From: an uncultured virus (IMG/VR IMGVR_UViG_3300016457_000183)
Taxonomy: Duplodnaviria > Heunggongvirae > Uroviricota > Caudoviricetes
Strand: one strand, 5' to 3'
DNA length: 64,000 nucleotides
Virus record (IMG/VR): IMGVR_UViG_3300016457_000183
Shown here: positions 11,106 through 19,125 of the stretch, in pieces
Position numbering within the stretch: the stretch's first letter is position 1
Layout: every line of letters begins with the position of its first letter
Made by a program: the position numbers and the translations under genes
Notes under the pieces: generated by a model
What the model was told of the DNA's origin: nothing
Database searches by the model: none
Seen by the model: the letters and a program-made list of their open reading frames with translations, nothing else

Positions 11106-11488
11106 GCCTCTTCTGCCAACTTCGTTACCGCGTTGGTTAGTCCGAGATTTAGCTTTCCGAAAATGTGAAGCGACAAAGGGACGATAAACTCTACCATATC
11201 CTTTGAGGTCAGATTATTTTCAACCCACTTCTTGTCTTTGTTGAAAATAATCGATGCAATCTCAGACACGTCATTAGCAAAGGCGGTCATGAACGCGTAG
11301 ACTTGGGACTCATCGAACTGAGGATTGCCTTCTGCATCAGTACTAACGGAAAGCTTAGAAAAGACCTTAGTTAGAATGTTGTAGAGCCTAAGTTCCTTCC
11401 CCCAAGTAAGCGGAGGAATCTCAACCGTGTTCCCATTGCTTAAGGTAACTTCACGAGCTCCTTCAATGTACTCTTCAAAAGCTTTCAT
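11090..11488 (-). CDS. Tail assembly chaperone (G-like)
   Basis: 132 aa between tail tube and TMP; GGAGG SD; ends over a slippery G run. Confidence 0.8.
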   Translation of the reverse strand: MKAFEEYIEGAREVTLSNGNTVEIPPLTWGKELRLYNILTKVFSKLSVSTDAEGNPQFDESQVYAFMTAFANDVSEIASIIFNKDKKWVENNLTSKDMVEFIVPLSLHIFGKLNLGLTNAVTKLAEEAGETP

Positions 11489-11541
11489 AATAAATGCACC
11501 TCCTGGGGCGTCTAAATTGTACTAACTAAGTTAACCTAAAA

Positions 11542-12045
11542 TTAGGAGAAGTCACCGATTAACCTAATTCGGCACAACCTTCCCCTCTCATCCAAGGTAG
11601 TGCCATCCCAAGCAGTATCGGCATCCAGAGCAACGAACGAGTAAGGGAATTCGTGTGGATCGTTCCCAAACTCGATCGAGAGTTCTCCTGCGGACTGAGC
11701 TCTCCAAATATCAATTTCCACAGTTCCTCCAGCAGGCATCTGGTGAACGAACTTCAGCGACGCTTCAGTAACTTCCATATCTCCGCCGAAATCCATCGTC
11801 TTCTCATTTCCCGAAGTTTGAATGATACCACAACCAATAGCATACCTCAAATTCTCAAGATTCCATTCATGACCAACAACATCTAGTTTAACTGTCTCAG
11901 TAACAACCCACTGTTTGATCAACTTCTCGGGAGAACCCTGTTTAACCTCGAGTTTATCTCGAGTAAATGTTAGAGTTGCTCCAGTCTTAACAGCGCCTAT
12001 ATCAATAGTAGGTGTTTGGCCGGCGCTTCCAATATAAAGCACACC
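11542..12045 (-). CDS. Major tail tube protein, exon 2
   Basis: Reads GVLYIGSAGQTPTIDIGAVKTGATLTF...; no SD of its own; joins in frame to exon 1 (13279..13235) to give 182 aa MNTPTYNTKRLSFGP|GVLYIG... Confidence 0.85.
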   Translation of the reverse strand, partial: GVLYIGSAGQTPTIDIGAVKTGATLTFTRDKLEVKQGSPEKLIKQWVVTETVKLDVVGHEWNLENLRYAIGCGIIQTSGNEKTMDFGGDMEVTEASLKFVHQMPAGGTVEIDIWRAQSAGELSIEFGNDPHEFPYSFVALDADTAWDGTTLDERGRLCRIRLIGDFS

Positions 12046-13234
12046 CGCTTTAACCTGTTATTTTTCTTGACCCTTTCGGGCAAGTAGTACAACTACTTCC
12101 CTACGTCACCGTAGGGGTCGGACTGTCGTATACACTAACCAGATCCTGAAAGAGGTTAGTGTCCTCTACGCTCAGTCTCTGCAGCCGCAGTTCGCTATTC
12201 AACTCTCTTTTGGGTCCCCGTCTTCTCTCGGGCGGATTTAATTCATTAAATTTCGTCCAGAAAAACTGATATAGAACTTCCTTCAAATCTTTCTTCCTCC
12301 GCCCAAGAGGCAAAGCTAACGCAATTGTAGCTAACATTCGTTTATCGTCCGGAAGAAACAAATGGACCCTTTCTAAAACACGTTTCGCTTGTCGACCTCT
12401 AACTACAACCTCACCTTTCTTCCTTGAAGTTCTGATTCTCTGAAGGGCATCTTTAACGTCTTTATCATTAACCATTACGACTAACTCAGGAAAGTACGAC
12501 AAGTACCGCCGTTCCTTCGAACCTCCCCAAACGCGTAAAATCATAATCTTCTTAATACACCTCGCAACCTTTTGAGCTAGGTCATCGTCCCACAGAGTCG
12601 CGCGAACTGCTTGCTGGGGGTTGACAACGGTAATCCACTTATAAGAGTGAAACGGAATTAGTGGGTCTCCTATGTACTCGAAGAAATCTAGGGCACAATC
12701 TTGATGTAACCTAAAAATCGGTCCTGTTGGGGTTTGGACAACCGTCCCATACAAGCCCAACTCTTCAAAGCACCTAACTATCTCTTTCACCTCGGGAACC
12801 GCCCAACTATTTAAGCACATAGTCGGGCTATTCTCAATAACAGTACCATCACCACAATAAGCAACGTTCAAAGTAGTAGGCGTCCATCTAAAATCTTTGG
12901 GAAGCTTTTTCTTTTTATCATCATACCAACGATAGTGAAGATTCTTCATAACAGGAGCTTTATATCCAACAACTCTGTAAGAGATAAATTTCTTCCCAAA
13001 TCCAATACGTACTTGTTCTCTAATAGAACAGGAAATAACAGGACGAAGAAGGTTACAAACTTGCTCTGCGTACAAACGCTTGGTCGTCCCCAACTCGAAC
13101 CTATAGTCACCAGCCTTACAATAAGCAATATGCCCATCACTGAAAATTAATCCATCTAAAATCTCATTTAGCTGAGTGGATACCATTGTGTTTCCCCGTT
13201 GATCAGCAGAGGTTTTACGGGCCCAGTGTCACTT
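12046..13234 (-). mobile_element. Group I self-splicing intron (1189 nt) in the major tail tube gene
   Basis: P1 GGGCCU/GGGCCC with U.G at the 5' splice site; P10 ACACU/GGUGU; P3 CCUCUG/UAGAGG; P7 GACUG (12177-12173)/CAGUC (12125-12121); P8 ACACUAACC/GGUUAGUGU; P9 hairpins; terminal G at 12046; splicing restores the frame. Confidence 0.92.
12101..13186 (-). CDS. Intron-encoded LAGLIDADG homing endonuclease (double-motif domain plus a degenerate second domain)
   Basis: LDGLIFSDG and LNVAYCGDG motifs; lies inside the intron. Confidence 0.85.
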   Translation of the reverse strand: MVSTQLNEILDGLIFSDGHIAYCKAGDYRFELGTTKRLYAEQVCNLLRPVISCSIREQVRIGFGKKFISYRVVGYKAPVMKNLHYRWYDDKKKKLPKDFRWTPTTLNVAYCGDGTVIENSPTMCLNSWAVPEVKEIVRCFEELGLYGTVVQTPTGPIFRLHQDCALDFFEYIGDPLIPFHSYKWITVVNPQQAVRATLWDDDLAQKVARCIKKIMILRVWGGSKERRYLSYFPELVVMVNDKDVKDALQRIRTSRKKGEVVVRGRQAKRVLERVHLFLPDDKRMLATIALALPLGRRKKDLKEVLYQFFWTKFNELNPPERRRGPKRELNSELRLQRLSVEDTNLFQDLVSVYDSPTPTVT

Positions 13235-13279
13235 AGGCCCGAAACTCAATCTTTTGGTGTTATAAGTTGGTGTGTTCAT
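13235..13279 (-). CDS. Major tail tube protein, exon 1 (MNTPTYNTKRLSFGP)
   Basis: ATG at 13279 after GAGGAGGTG; 15 codons ending at the U of the P1 wobble pair. Confidence 0.85.
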
Positions 13280-13330
13280 TTACAATTCTCACCTCCTCAA
13301 ATTAAGTGTGTACCTCAACAACCTAACTCA

Positions 13331-13567
13331 CTACAAGTACTTCTCCAGTTCGATCACAGCAGGTTCACTCATCTTCATCGCTTTCGCCATAACTTCATTA
13401 ACTTTACCACACTTACGACACAAACACTTTATCAACGAAGCTCCTCTTATAACATTTACGTAAAAGTATAAGTCCTTATACTTGATACGCAAGATGTCTG
13501 TACCATCCAGGTAACCTAGGACGGCCCCACAACTTGAGCACTTCCAAGCACTAGATTGGTTGCTCAA
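13331..13567 (-). CDS. Zinc-ribbon protein (Mu Com-like)
   Basis: WKCSSCGAVLG...IKCLCRKCGKVNEV; probable TTG start at 13567 (the ORF track extends it to 13645). Confidence 0.55.
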   Translation of the reverse strand: MSNQSSAWKCSSCGAVLGYLDGTDILRIKYKDLYFYVNVIRGASLIKCLCRKCGKVNEVMAKAMKMSEPAVIELEKYL

Positions 13568-13979
13568 TGCCTTGTACCTCGAACTCAACTTTAATTGTTC
13601 TAACCATCTCTTCCTTAGGAAGAGACCACGTGACTCTTTTAACACTACCTGAATAGTAGGTATGGGTAGTATTATTTCTTCGCTCCAATTGATCTTGCAA
13701 CTTATTACCTAACTTCCGGATCAGGCTCGAAGCCACATCTTCACCTATCTCAAAAGATAACTCAACGAGTAACGTTCCAGTACACCGAAAGAAAACCTTC
13801 TCTTGACTTGAAACCTCTTCCATTTTCAAGTAAGTAGAAGGAGTAACGCGATCCTCTGGTAAGGAGGAAACTATCACCGGAGCTCTAATCAACCCCAAAT
13901 TATACGTTTGATCCAAATCCGTCAAAACGGACTCAATCTTACTACTCAAATCCGACTGAACTTCGTGCAAATAAATCAT
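13551..13979 (-). CDS. Putative tail terminator/completion protein
   Basis: 142 aa; canonical position just upstream of the tail tube gene. Confidence 0.5.
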   Translation of the reverse strand: MIYLHEVQSDLSSKIESVLTDLDQTYNLGLIRAPVIVSSLPEDRVTPSTYLKMEEVSSQEKVFFRCTGTLLVELSFEIGEDVASSLIRKLGNKLQDQLERRNNTTHTYYSGSVKRVTWSLPKEEMVRTIKVEFEVQGIEQPI

Positions 13980-13985
13980 ACTATC

Positions 13986-14363
13986 CTACTCCCAAATCTC
14001 CCTCAATCGATCTGAAGCCCTTTGGAGAGCAGCCGCAATAAAGTCTCGAGGGATCATCCGCCTTGTACCTTTAGTCACATATTTTAGATGGGGTGCTTTA
14101 CCAGTGTCAAAAGCAATTCCGTCGCGATTCTTACGAATCGAAGCCTTTAAACGTCCAGTACGAATATGAACCAAAGGGGACAAGTTAGTAGGACGTCGCC
14201 TTGAGTAAGGATGTCCTCGTCTGCGTAACTCCTCGTTAGAAAGAGGTTCACCACTAACGAGTCGAATAACCTCCTCAAATATCACATCGATGGACTTTTG
14301 CTTCCTTCTCTCAAGGTCATCGTAAATCTTCGAAACAGAAGGTAATCGAATTAACAGTCTCAT
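13986..14363 (-). CDS. HK97 gp10-like neck/tail completion protein
   Basis: RTGRLKASI...APHLKYVTKGTRRMIPRDFI motif. Confidence 0.75.
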   Translation of the reverse strand: MRLLIRLPSVSKIYDDLERRKQKSIDVIFEEVIRLVSGEPLSNEELRRRGHPYSRRRPTNLSPLVHIRTGRLKASIRKNRDGIAFDTGKAPHLKYVTKGTRRMIPRDFIAAALQRASDRLREIWE

Positions 14364-14941
14364 CGTTCTCTTATCCGTACAACATCAAGTTCCCAATGAT
14401 GCAATCTACCTCTTCGATCAAAAGCTTGCTGTGCCTCTACTACAGAAAAAGTCTCGTTCGTTTCTTGGTCAATCAGTACATCGTCAGAGCGAATTTCAAC
14501 TCCGGGTAAACACACCATTACACTCGAAGAGACTAACGTAACACGACCAAACTCATCCGTTCCTATAGCCCTTCTAGTAGTATAAACCGCGCCGGTGACT
14601 TGTCCTATGTCAAGACCAACTTCTTCGGTGGTATAAATCGAAAGGGAACCATCCTGAGTACACGTAACGTACTCCAGCCCAGGAAACTTATTTGACGTAA
14701 GAGACGCGCTAAACTTAGTTAAAGTAAGAGTTTCAGTTACAGAGGCCCCGACTAACGTGCACAACACGCTCGGTGTATCTCCTAACCAGGTCAATCGCAA
14801 CGTAGCTTCAGGATGTATTTGCGAAATGTTCAAAGCAGTAGGAACTCCTCTTTTGCAAGATAACTCCACTGTAACACAAGTGGTATACCGACGAACCGTG
14901 TAAACACGCTGTCTGTAATGAAAGCCAACGAGATTGGTCAT
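14360..14941 (-). CDS. Putative head-closure (head-tail joining) protein
   Basis: C-terminal EIRSDDVLID...FSVVE...LHHWELDV pattern; position in neck module. Confidence 0.55.
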   Translation of the reverse strand: MTNLVGFHYRQRVYTVRRYTTCVTVELSCKRGVPTALNISQIHPEATLRLTWLGDTPSVLCTLVGASVTETLTLTKFSASLTSNKFPGLEYVTCTQDGSLSIYTTEEVGLDIGQVTGAVYTTRRAIGTDEFGRVTLVSSSVMVCLPGVEIRSDDVLIDQETNETFSVVEAQQAFDRRGRLHHWELDVVRIRER

Positions 14942-16830
14942 CTCACAATATACCTTTTGGTGTACTCTTTCAAAGGTCCGTAAACCTTCTTAATAGCATT
15001 CACCATAGGATGTTGAGGTGGCACAACTTCGAGGGTCCTCTCAATTGCCTCGAGTGCTTTTTGACAATATACTCTCGAAACTTCGTACTGTGCAAGGGCA
15101 AAACTCGGATGGAGAGAAGTTGCTTGAAGGAGGAGTTTGAGCGCTACGTCCAAATTTTCAGGATGCTCTTCATACTCGTTCAACAGATCGAGCGCGAGAT
15201 TAAAATACGGTAAGGGGTTTTCCGGTTCCTCCTCTAACTGCATGTTGATCAACTCTCGATAAAAAGAGAGTTTCTCTTTCATGCGTGGGGACAGAAATCC
15301 TAGGTGGTAAATCACTACATCATTAACTCGTGATACAACACGGTTCTCCTCAGTAGCGCAGCGTTCAAACGTCTCGTGAACCCGATTTGAGTAGTACCAA
15401 GTTCGTGGGTTCTTAACCAAACGAATGGCATCTTGATAGATGACCGTCCCCTCTTGCGGAGTTAAATTGTGCACCTGAAGCTGGACCGCGTCTGTATTCT
15501 CAGGTGTTTCCAACATCACTGCGTAAATCTGCTTATAGTCAACAATTTCGTCCAGGTCCTGTTGAAGGAGCCAAGTGCCGTTCGCCCTCTGTAAGTACAA
15601 ATTCCGCGCTTTAGAGAAGTCTTTATCTAATTTAGTCTCTAACACCTCAGCTCCAAAGCGCTTTGCAAAAGACAGAGATTCATCTTGAGAACCGGTGTCT
15701 ACCAAAATCACCTGTTGAGCAAAAGGAAGAGCAGTGCCCAAATACGTGGGGAGGTTTTTCATTTCGTCCTTCATAATCGTTGCAATAGTCAAGGTAGGAG
15801 TACGAAGTCTCGCAATAGAACAATTGTCGGGTAAGTCATTAACCTTCTTGATAATGGGCACATTAACTGGGCGTAGGCCTTCATAAGGAAGCTGTTGCCC
15901 GTAGTAAGGATTAATCAAAATACGCGGGGCAATCTTTTCAAAGGAAGCAAAAGCCCTAATTTCCCAAGTAACTTGATCTTTCAAATATCGATTATCCGAC
16001 CAAGTCCGTAGTACAGGAAATTGGTACGCGAAAACAAACGGATCAGGATTGTCACACATCCTTTGCAATTGCTCAAGGGTAAAAATATCGGCAAAATCCT
16101 CACCCTCTCTCAGAACAAAAATCAACTTTCCCTGATCAATTTCAGGAACGTCTAAAGGAGTGCAAACAATGACATCCTTGAACAAAGATTTCGCAGTAGA
16201 GGGGATGTCCTTCAACCGGCGATATTGATAGATTAATACTGGCTCCAACGGTTGAGTTCTGAACCTCGCGTCAAGTTTCAGATCACTAAAATCCTCTTCC
16301 ATATCCAAAGTGTACATTGGGAGTACATAGCTAAAACGACCTTGCTTCATCAGCTCATAACATACAAGCTGAACAATTCGCTCGTCTTGAAACACCTTCA
16401 GAGCTTTCTCAAACAGAGTAATAGCCTCCTCTGTTCTGAACGCGAAACACCAAGGGGCAATCCGAGCTAATGCTCCTCTGTCTTTCCTCTTATAGCTCTG
16501 TGGTCCCACACCCTTAGGAAGTCCAGGAACTACAAAACCAACTTCAGGGGAAGAAAGAACTTTCAAAGCCTCACCAAGGAAGTCTAAATTAGAGAGAGCC
16601 GCCTTTGGGTGTACAAAAACAAAATACTCCGTTTCGACCTTCTCTAATCCAGCAAGTAACTTCCTACCAAAAGTCTTTCCCCCTTCATAAGTACGACAGT
16701 TCAAGACTTTGGTAAGATCTCGTTGATCCTGTCCAACTACAACTAAAGGAATGCCCTCAATGTGAAAAGGTAGTGTAGTGTTCAAAAACGCGACTACATC
16801 TTCCGACGTAAACGTTACAGCGGTAATCAT
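14938..16830 (-). CDS. Multi-domain family 2 glycosyltransferase with C-terminal TPR-like region
   Basis: TIATIMKDE...VDTGSQDES...DFSKARN...QQDLDE...VHE...YHLG; helical C-terminus PLPYFNLA. Confidence 0.85.
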   Translation of the reverse strand: MITAVTFTSEDVVAFLNTTLPFHIEGIPLVVVGQDQRDLTKVLNCRTYEGGKTFGRKLLAGLEKVETEYFVFVHPKAALSNLDFLGEALKVLSSPEVGFVVPGLPKGVGPQSYKRKDRGALARIAPWCFAFRTEEAITLFEKALKVFQDERIVQLVCYELMKQGRFSYVLPMYTLDMEEDFSDLKLDARFRTQPLEPVLIYQYRRLKDIPSTAKSLFKDVIVCTPLDVPEIDQGKLIFVLREGEDFADIFTLEQLQRMCDNPDPFVFAYQFPVLRTWSDNRYLKDQVTWEIRAFASFEKIAPRILINPYYGQQLPYEGLRPVNVPIIKKVNDLPDNCSIARLRTPTLTIATIMKDEMKNLPTYLGTALPFAQQVILVDTGSQDESLSFAKRFGAEVLETKLDKDFSKARNLYLQRANGTWLLQQDLDEIVDYKQIYAVMLETPENTDAVQLQVHNLTPQEGTVIYQDAIRLVKNPRTWYYSNRVHETFERCATEENRVVSRVNDVVIYHLGFLSPRMKEKLSFYRELINMQLEEEPENPLPYFNLALDLLNEYEEHPENLDVALKLLLQATSLHPSFALAQYEVSRVYCQKALEAIERTLEVVPPQHPMVNAIKKVYGPLKEYTKRYIVR

Positions 16831-16849
16831 AACAACCTCCTTCCTGTAA

Positions 16850-17665
16850 CTAAACTAATTTACGTTTATACGGAGCGAGTAAACTCCTAACTTCAGTCAT
16901 TACATCCATCTTCGCGTCTCTCAAGTAGTTCTCAACGTTACTCAATAAACGGCGACTGGAAAAACCTTCAGATTCCCGCAGGTTATAAAGAGCGGCAACG
17001 AGCTTCAAACAGGCGAGTTTAACCGGAGAAGGGATTTGGGAAAGTCCAAAAGTGTAAGTACATTCAAAGAAACCAGTTTGTGGTACGAAAAACTTAATAA
17101 GACCTGTGGACAGTTCTACAAAATAATCAGTATCCTCAACCAAATCCACACTGTCGAGCTTAATCTCAGTGATTTCAGAAATGGGAAAGTATCTCAGTCC
17201 ATACTGAGTAGCTCCCGACAAGAAACAGCGCTCTGTTTCACTAACAGAACCTAATTTCAACTGTGTATACGCCAAAATCGCGGACGAGGCAGCCAAAAGG
17301 AGGGCTCTGAGAAAGGGATCTTCAGAAAAATCATCTACGTGCAAATACTCTTTTACTTCATCTAATGTAACAAGCTCAGTAGTCAACGACGAAACGACAT
17401 CGAACCTGACTTGAGAATTGGCTAGAAGGTCTTCATAACCATACTTTCCTCGGCCGATTGCAACGTAGGACCCTAACGTAGCAGAAGGAGTAGTCCAATA
17501 AGTCAAATAATGTCCGCCAGAAAAAACAAGATCAACTACATCCACTTTATTTCCAAAAGGATCGAAAACATCTGCCTGAGGTTGTGAAACAAGGACAGTT
17601 TGACCTCCTACAACGAAATCAAACTGCAGCCTTATCTCACTCCCGGTGTAAACTTGTTTAAACAT
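16850..17665 (-). CDS. Head-tail adaptor (gp6/gp15-like) with an N-terminal Ig-like domain
   Basis: LVTLDEVKEYLHVD...IPSPVKLACLKLVAALY...LLAPYKR. Confidence 0.8.
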   Translation of the reverse strand: MFKQVYTGSEIRLQFDFVVGGQTVLVSQPQADVFDPFGNKVDVVDLVFSGGHYLTYWTTPSATLGSYVAIGRGKYGYEDLLANSQVRFDVVSSLTTELVTLDEVKEYLHVDDFSEDPFLRALLLAASSAILAYTQLKLGSVSETERCFLSGATQYGLRYFPISEITEIKLDSVDLVEDTDYFVELSTGLIKFFVPQTGFFECTYTFGLSQIPSPVKLACLKLVAALYNLRESEGFSSRRLLSNVENYLRDAKMDVMTEVRSLLAPYKRKLV

Positions 17666-18026
17666 TCCTGTCTCCTTCGTTTAAGCAAGCTTTGTAAGTC
17701 TCGAGAATCGCCTCAACTTTCTTCTTACTCATTCGCAAAGTTTTAGAAATCATCGAGACCGAAGCATTTCCGTCTCTATACATTTCAATCACTTTGCGCT
17801 CTCGACTCGACTCTGGGAGAGGAGCCGGAGTAGTATCTACAGACACTTCGACCTTCTTAACCGGTTCACTTTTGGTAACTCGAACAAACCCGTGCATCTC
17901 CAAAGTTTGTGCGGTGTCTTCATACTTCACCTTACACCGCCCCTTATAAACTCGAACTAACTCCCTATACGTGGGCATCTCCCAATATTCACCCTCATAA
18001 GGCCCTTTATATTCTAACTCTATCAC
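17658..18026 (-). CDS. Hypothetical protein with C-terminal HTH-like segment
   Basis: Likely GTG at 18026 after GAGGAGG; VIEMYRDGNASVSMISKTLRMSKKKV. Confidence 0.5.
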   Translation of the reverse strand: MIELEYKGPYEGEYWEMPTYRELVRVYKGRCKVKYEDTAQTLEMHGFVRVTKSEPVKKVEVSVDTTPAPLPESSRERKVIEMYRDGNASVSMISKTLRMSKKKVEAILETYKACLNEGDRNV

Positions 18027-18102
18027 AACAACCTCCTCATTACACCACAAGTACTTATAGTAAGTTTTTACCGACTTTCCCACAGAAAAGCAAGTACCAA
18101 CT

Positions 18103-18167
18103 AGTTAAGAAGCAACAAAAAACCCCCAACGTCAACACGTTGAGGGTTTTTATACTACTTCTTAACT
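18103..18167 (-). terminator. Intrinsic terminator / long hairpin after the capsid gene
   Basis: AAAAACCCCCAACGT-loop-ACGTTGAGGGTTTTT plus outer arms AGTTAAGAAG/CTTCTTAACT. Confidence 0.75.
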
Positions 18168-18174
18168 GAACTAA

Positions 18175-19125
18175 TTACCTGATACCTACAATGCACGAAA
18201 TTGCTTGAGGATCTCTGGCTACCAACACCTCATCAGCGAAGATATCAAACTTATCATACTGACTACTTTCCTTAGCCAGCGGTTGAACGGTTAGCGGGGT
18301 CAACTCAGAGACGAATACTTTGCTTGTATCAACTACAAACAGAGTACTCAAATTACCTCCTGTGAGAGAAGTAATTGTAGCACCGCTAGCACTCACCTGC
18401 TGAGTATCCGGAATCTGGTTGCTAACCAAAATAGGAACCTCGTTATAACTCAAAACCTCAAATCCACCTTTCACCTTCACCATGTTAATGAACCTTTGCT
18501 GTGCCTGGAGCAATGCCCTAATCCTTCTACGGGTCCTCTTTGAACATACGATCAAACTGGGCATACCACGAATGGCGTCCAAAGCCTGATCCAGCAGTGC
18601 CAGAGTTAAATCACCACCTGTGTTGTCGGACCCAGCAGGAATAATATTCGAGGAATCGCACAGCTTGTACAGTCCGTCAAACTCCTTAGCGTTGGCGCTG
18701 GAGTCTCCCCAACAAATAGCATACTCCTCTTTATCTTTGAAATCCTCTGCCTTCGCCTCCATCTCAGCTGTTAGAATATCAACGTACTTAGAACCGATAG
18801 CGCGCGCCTTACGAGTAACCTTCCCTTGTGTTCCGATAGTCTTATAAAGGAACTCGACCTGTTCATAAGTACCGGTTTCTTCATCAAAAGAATCAGTATC
18901 AGCATAGAACGCAGCCTTAGCAGCACCAGGGGTTCTACGATTGATGTAAACCCCTGCACCAGAACCGGGTTTCCTAGGTATATTCTGTCTCAGCGGGTTA
19001 AGGTGCTCGACCATCTGGGTGATGATCTTATCAACTTCCTTCGGCAGGATATCAGCGATACCTTCATAACCGCCACCAGTATTCTCTGCTAATGCCCTTC
19101 GAAGTTCAGATATAGGATTCAACAT
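18175..19125 (-). CDS. Major capsid protein (HK97 fold)
   Basis: 316 aa after the protease/scaffold gene; WGDSSANAKEFDGL, LTLALLDQALD motifs; followed by a terminator. Confidence 0.88.
   Translation of the reverse strand: MLNPISELRRALAENTGGGYEGIADILPKEVDKIITQMVEHLNPLRQNIPRKPGSGAGVYINRRTPGAAKAAFYADTDSFDEETGTYEQVEFLYKTIGTQGKVTRKARAIGSKYVDILTAEMEAKAEDFKDKEEYAICWGDSSANAKEFDGLYKLCDSSNIIPAGSDNTGGDLTLALLDQALDAIRGMPSLIVCSKRTRRRIRALLQAQQRFINMVKVKGGFEVLSYNEVPILVSNQIPDTQQVSASGATITSLTGGNLSTLFVVDTSKVFVSELTPLTVQPLAKESSQYDKFDIFADEVLVARDPQAISCIVGIR

Noticed and set aside
12040..12042. GTG start for the tail tube gene as given by the ORF track
   Set aside because: No SD; better explained as the second codon of exon 2.
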